In this document: positions 1-8,339 of the stretch, in pieces
Layout of the letters: every line of letters begins with the position of its first letter
How positions within the stretch are numbered: the stretch's first letter is position 1
Assembly: GCA_039589315.1 (NCBI GenBank)
Contig: JBDHHQ010000109.1
Coordinates: 1 to 18,594, forward strand
Direction of reading: 5' to 3'
DNA: 18,594 nucleotides
Origin: Gemmatimonadota bacterium
Lineage (GTDB): Bacteria; Gemmatimonadota; Gemmatimonadetes; Longimicrobiales; Gaopeijiaceae
Position numbers and translations under genes: made by a program
Notes under the pieces: generated by a model
Told to the model about the DNA's origin: nothing
The model's input: the letters and a program-made list of their open reading frames with translations, nothing else
Database searches by the model: none

Positions 1-729
1 TTTCGGATCCCCCCGGGCGATCATGGTGCGGCTGACGGCGTCCAGGAAGACGCTGTTCGAGGCGATGTCGAAGATACTCTGGAGCTCGTGGGTTACGACC
101 ACGAACGTGGTCCCCAGGCTCCCGCAGAGCTCGAGGATCAGATCGTCCAGTCGCTTGGAGCTGATGGGATCGAGACCGGCGGACGGCTCGTCGATGCAGA
201 GGATGCTGGGATCGAGGGCCATGGCCCGGGCAAGACCGGCACGCTTCTGCATGCCGCCGCTGATCTCGGAGGGGTAGTAATCCTCGAATCCTCCGAGGCC
301 CACGAGAGACAACTTCAAGGCTGCGATCTCCCGGATCTCGACGGGTGCCAGATCGGTGTACTGCTCCAGTGCCAGGGCGACGTTCTCCTCCAGAGTCATG
401 GAGCTCCAGAGGGCCCCGGTCTGGTAGAGCACACCCACGCCCCGAAGGATCTCCGCCCGGACGTCGGAGTCGGCCTGGGTGAAGTTCTGATCGCCGTAGA
501 GGATCTCCCCCTTGGCCGGTTCGATGAGCCCGATCAGGTGCTTCAGCAGCGTGCTCTTGCCGCAGCCGGAGCCCCCCATGATCACGAACACCTCGCCCTT
601 TCTGATCGAGAAGTCGAGGTCCCGCATGACCACGAACGAGCCGAACGCCATCGTGAGGTCCCTGACCGTGATGACGGTGTCGAGAGAGCTCGTCGGAGAC
701 GGGGCGGCAAGGGCGTCCGGGTGAGCCAC
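1..729 (-). CDS. mlaF: ABC transporter ATP-binding protein, MlaF/Mkl type (3' end runs off the window)
   Basis: Manual minus-strand translation from GTG at 729: Walker A GGSGCGKST, signature ISGGMQKR, Walker B ILCIDEPSAGLDP, H-loop VVVTHE. Starts 2 nt after the MlaE stop. Not in the ORF track because it has no stop inside the window. Confidence 0.9.
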   Translation of the reverse strand, partial: MAHPDALAAPSPTSSLDTVITVRDLTMAFGSFVVMRDLDFSIRKGEVFVIMGGSGCGKSTLLKHLIGLIEPAKGEILYGDQNFTQADSDVRAEILRGVGVLYQTGALWSSMTLEENVALALEQYTDLAPVEIREIAALKLSLVGLGGFEDYYPSEISGGMQKRAGLARAMALDPSILCIDEPSAGLDPISSKRLDDLILELCGSLGTTFVVVTHELQSIFDIASNSVFLDAVSRTMIARGDPK

Positions 730-731
730 TC

Positions 732-1868
732 TCAGATGCCCAGCAGGAAGGACAGGACCTGGAAGATCCCGCAGGCGGCGATGATCCACACGATCCCGGT
801 GACGACGGCCGACGTCGCCGCCGCACCAACGGCCAGGGCGCTCCGGCCCGCCTGCATTCCCCGCATGCACCCGGCGACGGCCACGAGCAGACCGTACACC
901 AGACCCTTGATCAGGCCGGACACCAGGTGGGTCATGCTCACCGCGCCCAGGGTCTGCTGCCAGTAGGCCGTCCAAGAGAGATCGAGCATGCCGAGCCCCA
1001 CGACGAGACCGCCCAGTATGCCGACGAGATCGGCATACAGGACCAGGAGGGGCATCATGACGACCAGAGCCCATACGCGCGGGAGCACCAGGAACTCCAT
1101 GGGCGAGATGCCGGTGGTCTGGAGGGCGTCCAGCTCCTGGTTGGAGTTCATGCTGCCGATCTCGGCCGCGAAGGCGGCTCCGCTCCGCCCCGCCATGATG
1201 ATGCCGGTCATGAGAGCCGACATGTCCCGGACCATGGCGATGGCCACCAGGTCGGCCACGTAGATCTCGGCCCCGAACTGCTGGAGCTGGACGGCGCCCA
1301 CGAAGGCCAGGATCAGCCCCAGCAGGAAGTTCACCAGCGTTACGATGGGGAGGGCGTCGATACCGGACTGCTGCAGCAGAAGCGCCAAGTCGGCCTTTCT
1401 GTAGGCCATCTTCCCGGTGAAGGCCCGGCCGAGGGTCACGGCGGTCTCGCCGATGAAGGCCAGCGTCTCGCCGATGCCCGTGCTCACCTCCAGGGTGGCG
1501 AGCCCGACCCGGTGCAGAAAGCCACCTTCGACGCCCCCGCGCCGGGCGTCCTCCTTCTCGGGGACCGCCTCTGCCAGGCCCAAGAGCTTCTGGATGCCAT
1601 GGGGGAGCCCGGTCCGGTCTTGCTGCAGGCCCTTGGCCTCCGCCAGCCTGCTGACCCGCTTGAGGAAGGTGATCACGGTCGTGTCCCACTCGCCCAGCCC
1701 GGACGTGTCGAACGCCAGACGCCGGGCCTGGGGCCGCTCCGCGAAGGCCCGCTCGACGGTCTCGGGGGGCGGGATCTTCTCGCCCAACACCCACGGCCCC
1801 GCCAGGCGGAGCACGAGCGTGCCCTCGCCGGTCTCCCCGATGCCGATTCGGTCCACGTCAGCTGCCAT
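732..1868 (-). CDS. mlaE: MlaE family ABC permease with N-terminal STAS-like domain
   Basis: Motifs QLQQFGA, IIMAGRSGAAFAAEIGSM, ELDALQTTGISPMEFLVLPR and VGAAATSAVV. The N-terminal LAFDTSGLGEWDT segment is typical of STAS-MlaE fusions. Confidence 0.93.
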   Translation of the reverse strand: MAADVDRIGIGETGEGTLVLRLAGPWVLGEKIPPPETVERAFAERPQARRLAFDTSGLGEWDTTVITFLKRVSRLAEAKGLQQDRTGLPHGIQKLLGLAEAVPEKEDARRGGVEGGFLHRVGLATLEVSTGIGETLAFIGETAVTLGRAFTGKMAYRKADLALLLQQSGIDALPIVTLVNFLLGLILAFVGAVQLQQFGAEIYVADLVAIAMVRDMSALMTGIIMAGRSGAAFAAEIGSMNSNQELDALQTTGISPMEFLVLPRVWALVVMMPLLVLYADLVGILGGLVVGLGMLDLSWTAYWQQTLGAVSMTHLVSGLIKGLVYGLLVAVAGCMRGMQAGRSALAVGAAATSAVVTGIVWIIAACGIFQVLSFLLGI

Positions 1869-2196
1869 GAGTCAGGGTGGTGGTGGGCGGTGTAGCCATC
1901 GCAGGGCCCATGGCGGCCTCGGCACGACCGGAGACCTGCCTGGGTGCCGGGACATCGCGAGGCCGCGGGCCAGAGCTGTCAGGTTCGAGGAGCATTGGCG
2001 ATGGGGCGGGCGGGCGGGCACCCCGCACCACGGATATGGGAGGTCCCGTGGGATGGCAAGGCCGAGTGCCGAGCCGCCGCCGGCGCGGCCGCCTGCAACA
2101 TCGACACGGATCTCGGCCATCCGGTCGCTGCTCGGTGTCTTCCCGGGATGCGAGCCAAGGTGACGGAGCCCTCGAACCGGTGACGGACCGGGCCGC

Positions 2197-3081
2197 TCAC
2201 GTACGCGCGGCCTGATCGTCCTCGCGGAGGATCACGAACTCCGCTCCCAGGATCAGCGCCCACGCCGAAATGTAGAGCCAGAGCAGGAGGCCGATGGCCG
2301 ACGAGAGCGACCCGTACACGGCCTCGAAGTCGGCGATGTTGTTCAGGTACAAGAGGAAGAGTGATTTCGCCACCTCGATCGAGACCGCAGCGAGTAGGGC
2401 TCCGGGGAGAACCTGTCGCCATGTGGTTTCGTGTCGCGGCATGACCTTGTAGAGAAGCGCGAAGGTAGCCAACATGAAGACGAAGCTCGCGATTCGCCCG
2501 CCGATCTGGGCGAACAGGTCCGCGATCCCGAGCCTGGAAAGGACCCCCAGGTCGAGGCCGACGGCCAACTCCACGAAACCGGTCACCAGGACCGAGAAGA
2601 TGGCGAGCAGAGCGACGGCCAGGCACATGAGAGAATAGCGGAGCCGCGAGACGTAGAAGGGCCGACTACGGGAGGTGCCCCAGGCACGGTCGAGCGTCCG
2701 GCTGACCGCGCCGAATGCGGCGCTGGCCGACCACAAGAGGGTCACCCCCGCCACGAGTCCGGCGGGCCCGCGCAGACGGATGACCGAATCCAGGATCTCG
2801 GAAATCAACCCGGCGCTGCCCGGGAAGGAGTTCAACAGGAACTCGTCGATCCGGGCTCTCAACTCCTGGGAGTCAATCATGAAGCTCAGGCCGGCAACGA
2901 GTCCGATGAGAAGCGGAAAGAGCGAGAAGAACGCGTAATAGGCGATGGCCGCAGCCGCGTCCTTGGCACCGTCCGCGACCGCTTCTTCGAAGGTGCGGAC
3001 AAGGGTCCCCAGAATGGGGGTGGAACGAAGACGTTCCCCCCACGTGAGCCCGGTTGCCGCCGCTTCTGACCGGTCCGTCAT
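2197..3081 (-). CDS. YihY/virulence factor BrkB family inner-membrane protein
   Basis: AAAIAYYAFFSLFPLL, TLLWSAS, LYKVMP, VYGSLSSAIGLLLWLYISAWALILGAE. Start placed at ATG 3081, which follows GAGG; an alternative in-frame ATG is at 3138. Confidence 0.9.
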   Translation of the reverse strand: MTDRSEAAATGLTWGERLRSTPILGTLVRTFEEAVADGAKDAAAAIAYYAFFSLFPLLIGLVAGLSFMIDSQELRARIDEFLLNSFPGSAGLISEILDSVIRLRGPAGLVAGVTLLWSASAAFGAVSRTLDRAWGTSRSRPFYVSRLRYSLMCLAVALLAIFSVLVTGFVELAVGLDLGVLSRLGIADLFAQIGGRIASFVFMLATFALLYKVMPRHETTWRQVLPGALLAAVSIEVAKSLFLLYLNNIADFEAVYGSLSSAIGLLLWLYISAWALILGAEFVILREDDQAART

Positions 3082-3295
3082 TGCCTCGCCTCTCGCAGAA
3101 TCGCCACCGGCCCCCGTGATTGCCTCACCCGACCGCATGAGCCGTCGCCGCCGCCACCGAGCGAGGGCGTCGGCGTGCTGGGCCCCGGTACCGGACTAGC
3201 TGGCCGATCACCGCCTGTCGCATTCGCGGGGGCGCCTCCATCTTGGCAATCATCCGGCCAAGAGCAAACCCATGAGAAGCCCCGGAGGACTCACG

Positions 3296-5035
3296 ATGCG
3301 CGCGGTCCGAGAGACGCTCTTCCTCGCCATCCTCCTCACCCTCGCCTGTGGGACCGGCGGCCCGGCTGCCGACCCTTCCGCCACGACTCCGCCTCCCCGA
3401 GATGGGTACGATCTTGTCATCGAGGGCGGTCGGATCATAGACGGCACGGGGAGCGCGTGGTACTACGGCGACGTGGCGATCCAGGAAGACCGCATCGCCC
3501 GCATCGCGCCTCCTGGCCTGCTGCGGGGCACGGCGGCACGGGACCGGATCGATGCCTCCGGCCTGGTGGTGGCGCCCGGATTCATCGACATCCAGAGCCA
3601 TTCCCGGGACGCGTTTCTGGAAGGCGACGGTCGCGTGATCAGCAAGGTCACGCAGGGGATCACCACCGAGATCATGGGCGAAAGCGTCACCAATGCCCCC
3701 GCCAACGTGAACACCCTCGAGGCCGCCGGGATCACCGGGCCGACCGCCGACTCGGTGCTCGAGCGATTCGGTGGCCCACACGGATTCGACGGTTGGCTCA
3801 CCGCCATGGTCGAACGGGGCGTGAGCCCCAACATCGGGTCGTTTCTGGGGGCCGCCACGGTCCGAATCCATGCCATGGGTACGGCCATGGGGGACGCGGG
3901 CCCCACCGAGCTGAACCTCATGCGAACCGTCACCCGCCAGGCGATGGAGGACGGGGCGTTCGGTGTGGGGTCGGCGTTGATCTACCCCCCGGGCAACTTC
4001 GCCTCGACGGACGAGCTGTCGGCGATAGCCAGCGCCATGGCCCCCTACGGCGGTGTCTACATCACCCACATGCGTTCCGAGGGTGACAACTTCCTCGAGG
4101 CCATCGACGAGGCCCTCGAGATCGGGCGCCGCGGTGGCGTGCCGGTCGAGATCTACCATCTCAAGGCCGCCGGACAGCGGAACTGGGAGAAGGCCGGGCA
4201 GGCCATCGCAAAGATCGACTCCGCGCGCGCCGCGGGCATTGACGTCCAGGCCAACATGTATCCCTACGTGGCCGGTGGGACGCGCCTGTCGGCCTGCTTT
4301 CCGCCATGGGCCTCCGCCGACGGCAAGCTGCTCGAGAATCTCAGGGACGAGGGCATGCGGGAGGCCATACGGGAGTCGATCGAGGCGGACGCCGGGGACT
4401 GGGAGAACCTCTGCCTCCTCGCGACTCCGGAGGGGGTCATGCCCCTGGGCTTCGAGCGTGAGGGCAACAAGGGCCTGACCGGTCGGCGGCTCGGCGACAT
4501 CGCCGAGATGATGGGAACCGACTGGATCGATGCGGTCATGGAGCTCGTCCGCTCCGAGGACGGCCGAGTGGGAGCCGTCTACTTCTTGATGAGCGAGGAG
4601 AACCTCGCGCTCCAGATGCAGCAGCCGTGGATCAAGTTCGGGACGGACGCGGGCGGGTTCGATCCGGATGAAGCGGAAGGGCTGACCCACCCCCGGGCGT
4701 ACGGGACGTTCCCGCGCATTCTCGGGAAGTACGTGCGCGACGGGGGCGTGATGACCCTGGAGGACGCGGTCAGGAAGATGACCTCCGCGGTGGCCACCCG
4801 GCTCTCCATCCAGGGCCGTGGTCTGGTGAAGGAAGGCATGTACGCCGACCTCGCGATCTTCGATCCGGCAACGGTGGCCGACAGGGCCACGTTCGAGGAG
4901 CCGCACCAGCTCTCCACAGGGATCGAGCACGTCCTCGTGAACGGTGCCCCGGTCGTCCGAAACGGGATCCACACCGGCGCGACGCCGGGTCGGGTGGTGC
5001 GCGGACCGGGGTATGCGGGTACCGGGCCTCGCTGA
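3296..5035 (+). CDS. N-acyl-D-amino-acid deacylase (D-aminoacylase) family amidohydrolase, predicted lipoprotein
   Basis: GGRIIDGTG, VVAPGFID, QGITT, YITHMR, IYHLK, FGTD, HPRAYGTFPR, TGATPGR. RBS GGAGGA precedes ATG 3296. Lipobox-like LTLAC follows a hydrophobic signal. Confidence 0.9.
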   Translation: MRAVRETLFLAILLTLACGTGGPAADPSATTPPPRDGYDLVIEGGRIIDGTGSAWYYGDVAIQEDRIARIAPPGLLRGTAARDRIDASGLVVAPGFIDIQSHSRDAFLEGDGRVISKVTQGITTEIMGESVTNAPANVNTLEAAGITGPTADSVLERFGGPHGFDGWLTAMVERGVSPNIGSFLGAATVRIHAMGTAMGDAGPTELNLMRTVTRQAMEDGAFGVGSALIYPPGNFASTDELSAIASAMAPYGGVYITHMRSEGDNFLEAIDEALEIGRRGGVPVEIYHLKAAGQRNWEKAGQAIAKIDSARAAGIDVQANMYPYVAGGTRLSACFPPWASADGKLLENLRDEGMREAIRESIEADAGDWENLCLLATPEGVMPLGFEREGNKGLTGRRLGDIAEMMGTDWIDAVMELVRSEDGRVGAVYFLMSEENLALQMQQPWIKFGTDAGGFDPDEAEGLTHPRAYGTFPRILGKYVRDGGVMTLEDAVRKMTSAVATRLSIQGRGLVKEGMYADLAIFDPATVADRATFEEPHQLSTGIEHVLVNGAPVVRNGIHTGATPGRVVRGPGYAGTGPR

Positions 5036-5106
5036 TTCGAGGGGATTCCGGGGGTGGAGAGGGCGCGACATGTCCGGCAGGCGCCCGCTGCGGCGCATCC
5101 GCTCTT

Positions 5107-5145
5107 TGGCAGCGCCCATGCAACCCTGGAACCCTTGCCGGCGTC
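5107..5145 (+). promoter_or_regulatory. Composite promoter-like motif: sigma54-like TGGCAG-N6-TGCA overlapping ECF-like TGCAAC-N17-CGTC
   Basis: TGGCAGCGCCCATGCA (5107-5122, GG-N10-GC); TGCAAC at 5119-5124 and CGTC at 5142-5145. The same layout occurs at 12148 and 18007. Confidence 0.6.
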
Positions 5146-5257
5146 TCATTGGTTGGAGGGTGGGAAGCCCGGCTGAAACGAGATGGGTCGGACTTCCGTA
5201 TGGAAGAACGAGGCCGTGATGTGAGCTGGGTGGGGTGACGAAGGAAGCGAGAGTCGG

Positions 5258-5413
5258 ATGAGCGCGGAGGACAGGATTCAGTACCTGCTGCGGGCCGCCA
5301 CGAGGGCCGAGGACGAGGGGGATGCGAAGGTGGCACGCCTGTTCCGTCGCATGGCGGAGGAGGCACAACCCGTAGAGGTATCGGGCCGGCTCCGGTGGGC
5401 GCTCCCGGAATAG
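5258..5413 (+). CDS. Small hypothetical protein (51 aa)
   Basis: Manual translation MSAEDRIQYLLRAATRAEDEGDAKVARLFRRMAEEAQPVEVSGRLRWALPE. Helix-like composition, purine-rich upstream region, and a promoter motif about 110 nt upstream. Below the ORF-track cutoff. Confidence 0.6.
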   Translation: MSAEDRIQYLLRAATRAEDEGDAKVARLFRRMAEEAQPVEVSGRLRWALPE

Positions 5414-5519
5414 CTCGGCTTCCAGCGTGTTGGCTTGCCTCGGGGCCCCATCGCCTGTGCGGTGGGGCCCTCCTTCTTCGACGCTGAATCCGCGCACCCT
5501 GGCCCGGAGAGCGAAGGCC

Positions 5520-6371
5520 ATGACGCACGAGACGCTCGTCGATCCCTCCACGGTGGAAGCCCATCTGGACGACCCGGCTTGGGTAGTGTTGGACTGCCGC
5601 TTCTCGCTGGCCGACCCCGAGCGAGGCCGGAGTGCCTATCTGGCAGCCCACGTGCGTGGCGCCGTCTACGCGCACCTCGATGACGATCTGTCAGGACCGG
5701 TGACGCCGGGTCGGACCGGTCGGCATCCCCTACCGGCCGTGGGCGTGTTGGCTCGGCGGTTGGGTCGAATGGGGATCGAGACCGGAACCCAAGTGGTCAT
5801 CTACGACGACGCGAAGGGTGGGATCGCCGCGCGACTCTGGTGGCTGCTCGGATGGCTGGGGCACGATGCACGCGCGGTCGTCGACGGCGGTTGGCCCCGG
5901 TGGGTAGCCGAAGGTCGTCCGACCCGGGCGGGGGAGGAGACCCGTGCGGCGACCACGTTCGTCCCGTCCGAACGAACGGGTTGGATCGCCGAGGTCGATC
6001 AGGTGGCGGCGGCTGGCGCTTCGCCCGACGTGACCCTCATCGACGCCCGGGCCGCCGAACGGTACCGAGGCGAGCAGGAGCCCATCGACCCGGTAGCCGG
6101 ACACATTCCGGGCGCCATCTCCGCGCCGTGGCCGGGGAACCTGGACGACCGGGGACGGTTTCTGCCGGCGGATACCCTCCGTCACCGCTTCCGGAAGCTG
6201 CTCGATGGCGCCCGGGCGGACCAGGTGATTTGCTACTGCGGCTCGGGTGTCACGGCCTGTCACGATGTGTTGGCCGCCGTCCACGCAGGCCTGCCCCAGC
6301 CTCGCCTCTACCCGGGATCCTGGAGTGAGTGGATCACCGACCCGGGCCGCCCTGTGGCCAGGGGCCAGTAG
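5520..6371 (+). CDS. sseA: Tandem-rhodanese sulfurtransferase (3-mercaptopyruvate sulfurtransferase/SseA family)
   Basis: VVLDCRF, GRHPLP, ARLWWLL, DARAAERYRGE, GHIPGA, active-site loop CGSGVTAC and C-terminal LYPGSWSEW. Confidence 0.9.
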   Translation: MTHETLVDPSTVEAHLDDPAWVVLDCRFSLADPERGRSAYLAAHVRGAVYAHLDDDLSGPVTPGRTGRHPLPAVGVLARRLGRMGIETGTQVVIYDDAKGGIAARLWWLLGWLGHDARAVVDGGWPRWVAEGRPTRAGEETRAATTFVPSERTGWIAEVDQVAAAGASPDVTLIDARAAERYRGEQEPIDPVAGHIPGAISAPWPGNLDDRGRFLPADTLRHRFRKLLDGARADQVICYCGSGVTACHDVLAAVHAGLPQPRLYPGSWSEWITDPGRPVARGQ

Positions 6372-6644
6372 CCGAGCCGCCATCGCGCTCGATGCCGATG
6401 CCGCCGCCACGTTGAGATGGCGGGGCCGCTCCGGGACGCGACGGATGAGGAGCCGATCCCCGGGACGCTCTCGGCCGGGCCCGGAGCGATCCGACCGACC
6501 CAGGTGGTCCCGCGTTGGACATTCTCGTATCTTATGCGGCTGTGGGGCTCTTGGAGGGACCGAGGCGCCCCGTCGGTCCCCGGACGAATCCACCCGGGAT
6601 CCAGGCCGCACTCAACGTATCGTGAAATCGAGGATGGAACGGAC

Positions 6645-7235
6645 ATGAAGCGCATTCCCGCACTCGGAACCACGGCCCTGCTACTGGCGATGATCGCCTG
6701 CGGCGGCGACGCCGGAGAAGAGCCTGCCGCCGCGGCCGGCGAAGCCGAAGCGCCCGCAGCGGCTCCGGCCGCGGAGGCGGCTCCCGTCTCCACCGACTGG
6801 CTCACCCTCGACGAGGGCGCCATGACGGCGACGCTCGACATCGTCGCCGGTTCAACCACGGACAACAACAGCTGGAACTTCAACGGCTTCGTCAACGGCG
6901 GCGCCACGGTCACGGTGCCGGTCGGCTACACGGTGACCATCAACTTCAGCAACGAGGACCCCAACATGGCGCACAGCATCGGCGTCGACGCTCGGACGGG
7001 GAACTTCCCGCCGAACATCGCCGATCCGACGCCCGTGTTCGCCGGCGCCATGTCGGAGAACCCCACCTCGCTCGTCGACGCAACGATGCCCGGTGAGGCC
7101 GAGACCATCACGTTCACGGCGGACGCCGCCGGCGAGTACTCGCTGGTCTGCTACGTCCCCGGTCACGCCGTGACGGGCATGTGGATCCGATTCAACGTGT
7201 CCGACGACGGCAGCTCGGGCGTGTCCACCATGTAG
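6645..7235 (+). CDS. Sulfocyanin/cupredoxin-like type-1 copper lipoprotein
   Basis: Lipobox MIAC-GG, Ala/Pro/Glu linker, WNFNG motif, His in MAHS and C-terminal C-YVPG-H-AVTG-M copper-ligand loop. RBS GAGGA upstream of ATG 6645. Confidence 0.85.
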   Translation: MKRIPALGTTALLLAMIACGGDAGEEPAAAAGEAEAPAAAPAAEAAPVSTDWLTLDEGAMTATLDIVAGSTTDNNSWNFNGFVNGGATVTVPVGYTVTINFSNEDPNMAHSIGVDARTGNFPPNIADPTPVFAGAMSENPTSLVDATMPGEAETITFTADAAGEYSLVCYVPGHAVTGMWIRFNVSDDGSSGVSTM

Positions 7236-7268
7236 TGAACCGCCCTTCCGCTGAAGGGTCGAAGAAGG

Positions 7269-7303
7269 GAAGGGGCCGCCGGATCCGATCCGGCGGCCCC
7301 TTC
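7269..7303. terminator. GC-rich hairpin between convergent genes, probable bidirectional terminator
   Basis: GAAGGGGCCGCCGGATC-C-GATCCGGCGGCCCCTTC is a perfect inverted repeat, followed by GGTATTT. Confidence 0.75.
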
Positions 7304-7391
7304 GGTATTTCGTAGGCACACGCCCGGTTCCCCGCCTGGTGGTGCCTCGTGCCGCTCGCGGCCGAGCCGCAGGGTGTGTGATCCCCAGTCC

Positions 7392-8171
7392 TCAGCTTGG
7401 CGGCGTCTCCGGGGCCGGGTCGTCGGCCGGTGCCTGACGGGGCTGACGCAGATGGACGGGTCGGACTCCCGCCTTCGCGGCCCGCAGGTTCAACGCCTCG
7501 ACGAACACGCTGAAGCCCATGGCGAAGTAGATGTACCCCTTCGGGATATGCTGGCCGAATCCCTCCGCGATCAGGGACATGCCGATCAGGATCAGGAAGC
7601 TGAGGGCCAACATCTTCACGGTCGGATGGCGGAGGACGAAGGCGCTCACCACCTCGGCCGAGAGCATCATGACCCCGACGGCCACCACGATGGCGGTGAC
7701 CATCACGCCCAGATCGTCAGCCATGCCGATGGCCGTGATGACGGAGTCCAGCGAGAAGACGAGATCGAGGATCATGATCTGCAGGATCACGCCCCAGAAT
7801 CGCGAGGCCCACCCACTCCTACCGTCTCCGTGCTCCTCTCCCTCCAGCCGGTCGTGAATCTCCCGTGTCGCCTTGGTCAGCAAGAAGAGGCCGCCCCCCG
7901 CCAGGATCAGGTCGCGGCCTGAAAACGACCTGCCCATGACTTCCAAGAGCGGATCGGTCAGTCTCAGGACCAGCGAGAGGGAGAAGAGGAGGGCGATTCG
8001 CATGAACATGGCAGCCAGCAGACCGACTCGGCGGGCTGCCGGCTGCTGGGCCTCGGGCAAGCGCTGGGAGAGGATGGAGATGAAGACGATGTTGTCGATT
8101 CCCAGCACGATCTCCAGCGTGGTCAGAGTACCCAGGGCAATCCACGCTTCGGGATTCGTGATCCAGTCCAT
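7392..8171 (-). CDS. TerC family integral membrane protein
   Basis: LEIVLGIDNIVFI, SGRDLIL, DLVFSLDSVITAIGM, HPTVKMLALSFLILIG, IPKGYIYFAMGFS. Confidence 0.93.
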   Translation of the reverse strand: MDWITNPEAWIALGTLTTLEIVLGIDNIVFISILSQRLPEAQQPAARRVGLLAAMFMRIALLFSLSLVLRLTDPLLEVMGRSFSGRDLILAGGGLFLLTKATREIHDRLEGEEHGDGRSGWASRFWGVILQIMILDLVFSLDSVITAIGMADDLGVMVTAIVVAVGVMMLSAEVVSAFVLRHPTVKMLALSFLILIGMSLIAEGFGQHIPKGYIYFAMGFSVFVEALNLRAAKAGVRPVHLRQPRQAPADDPAPETPPS

Positions 8172-8304
8172 GGTCGTTCGGGCCGTCGTGGGGTAAGGAG
8201 AGGCTTGGAGCGGGACCTAACATACGCGTCGACGCGCTCCGAGGGAGGTGGGGTTCATCGCCCGGCCGGAGGCCCTCGTCGTTCCGCCTGGTTGGATGGG
8301 GACC

Positions 8305-8332
8305 TTGCATTCCCGGTGGCGCCCGCTACGCT
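8305..8332 (+). promoter_or_regulatory. Sigma70-type promoter, probably producing a leaderless transcript
   Basis: TTGCAT-N16-TACGCT with the ATG 7 nt downstream and no Shine-Dalgarno sequence. Confidence 0.5.
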
Positions 8333-8339
8333 TCGCCCG

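Noticed and set aside
88..1895. Plus-strand ORFs of 292 and 322 aa
   Set aside because: Shadows of mlaF and mlaE on the opposite strand.
1872..2120. 82-aa minus-strand ORF between yihY and mlaE
   Set aside because: Low-complexity Pro/Arg/Gly sequence with no clear RBS or motif; more likely promoter or leader DNA.
2094..2120. CTGCAAC as a fourth composite promoter copy
   Set aside because: No YGTC at the N17 position, GG-to-GC spacing is 11, and it faces away from the flanking minus-strand genes.
5158..5220. Cobalamin riboswitch resemblance (GGGAAGCCCGG...GAAA)
   Set aside because: Lacks the downstream conserved elements and B12 box, and no B12-related gene follows.
3125..5551. 808-aa minus-strand ORF
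   Set aside because: Antisense shadow of the amidohydrolase; no recognisable motifs, and such ORFs are common in high-GC coding DNA.
8172..8339. yybP-ykoY manganese riboswitch expected upstream of terC
   Set aside because: I could not find its characteristic GGGGAGUA-type conserved segment on the minus strand; an Rfam search would settle it.
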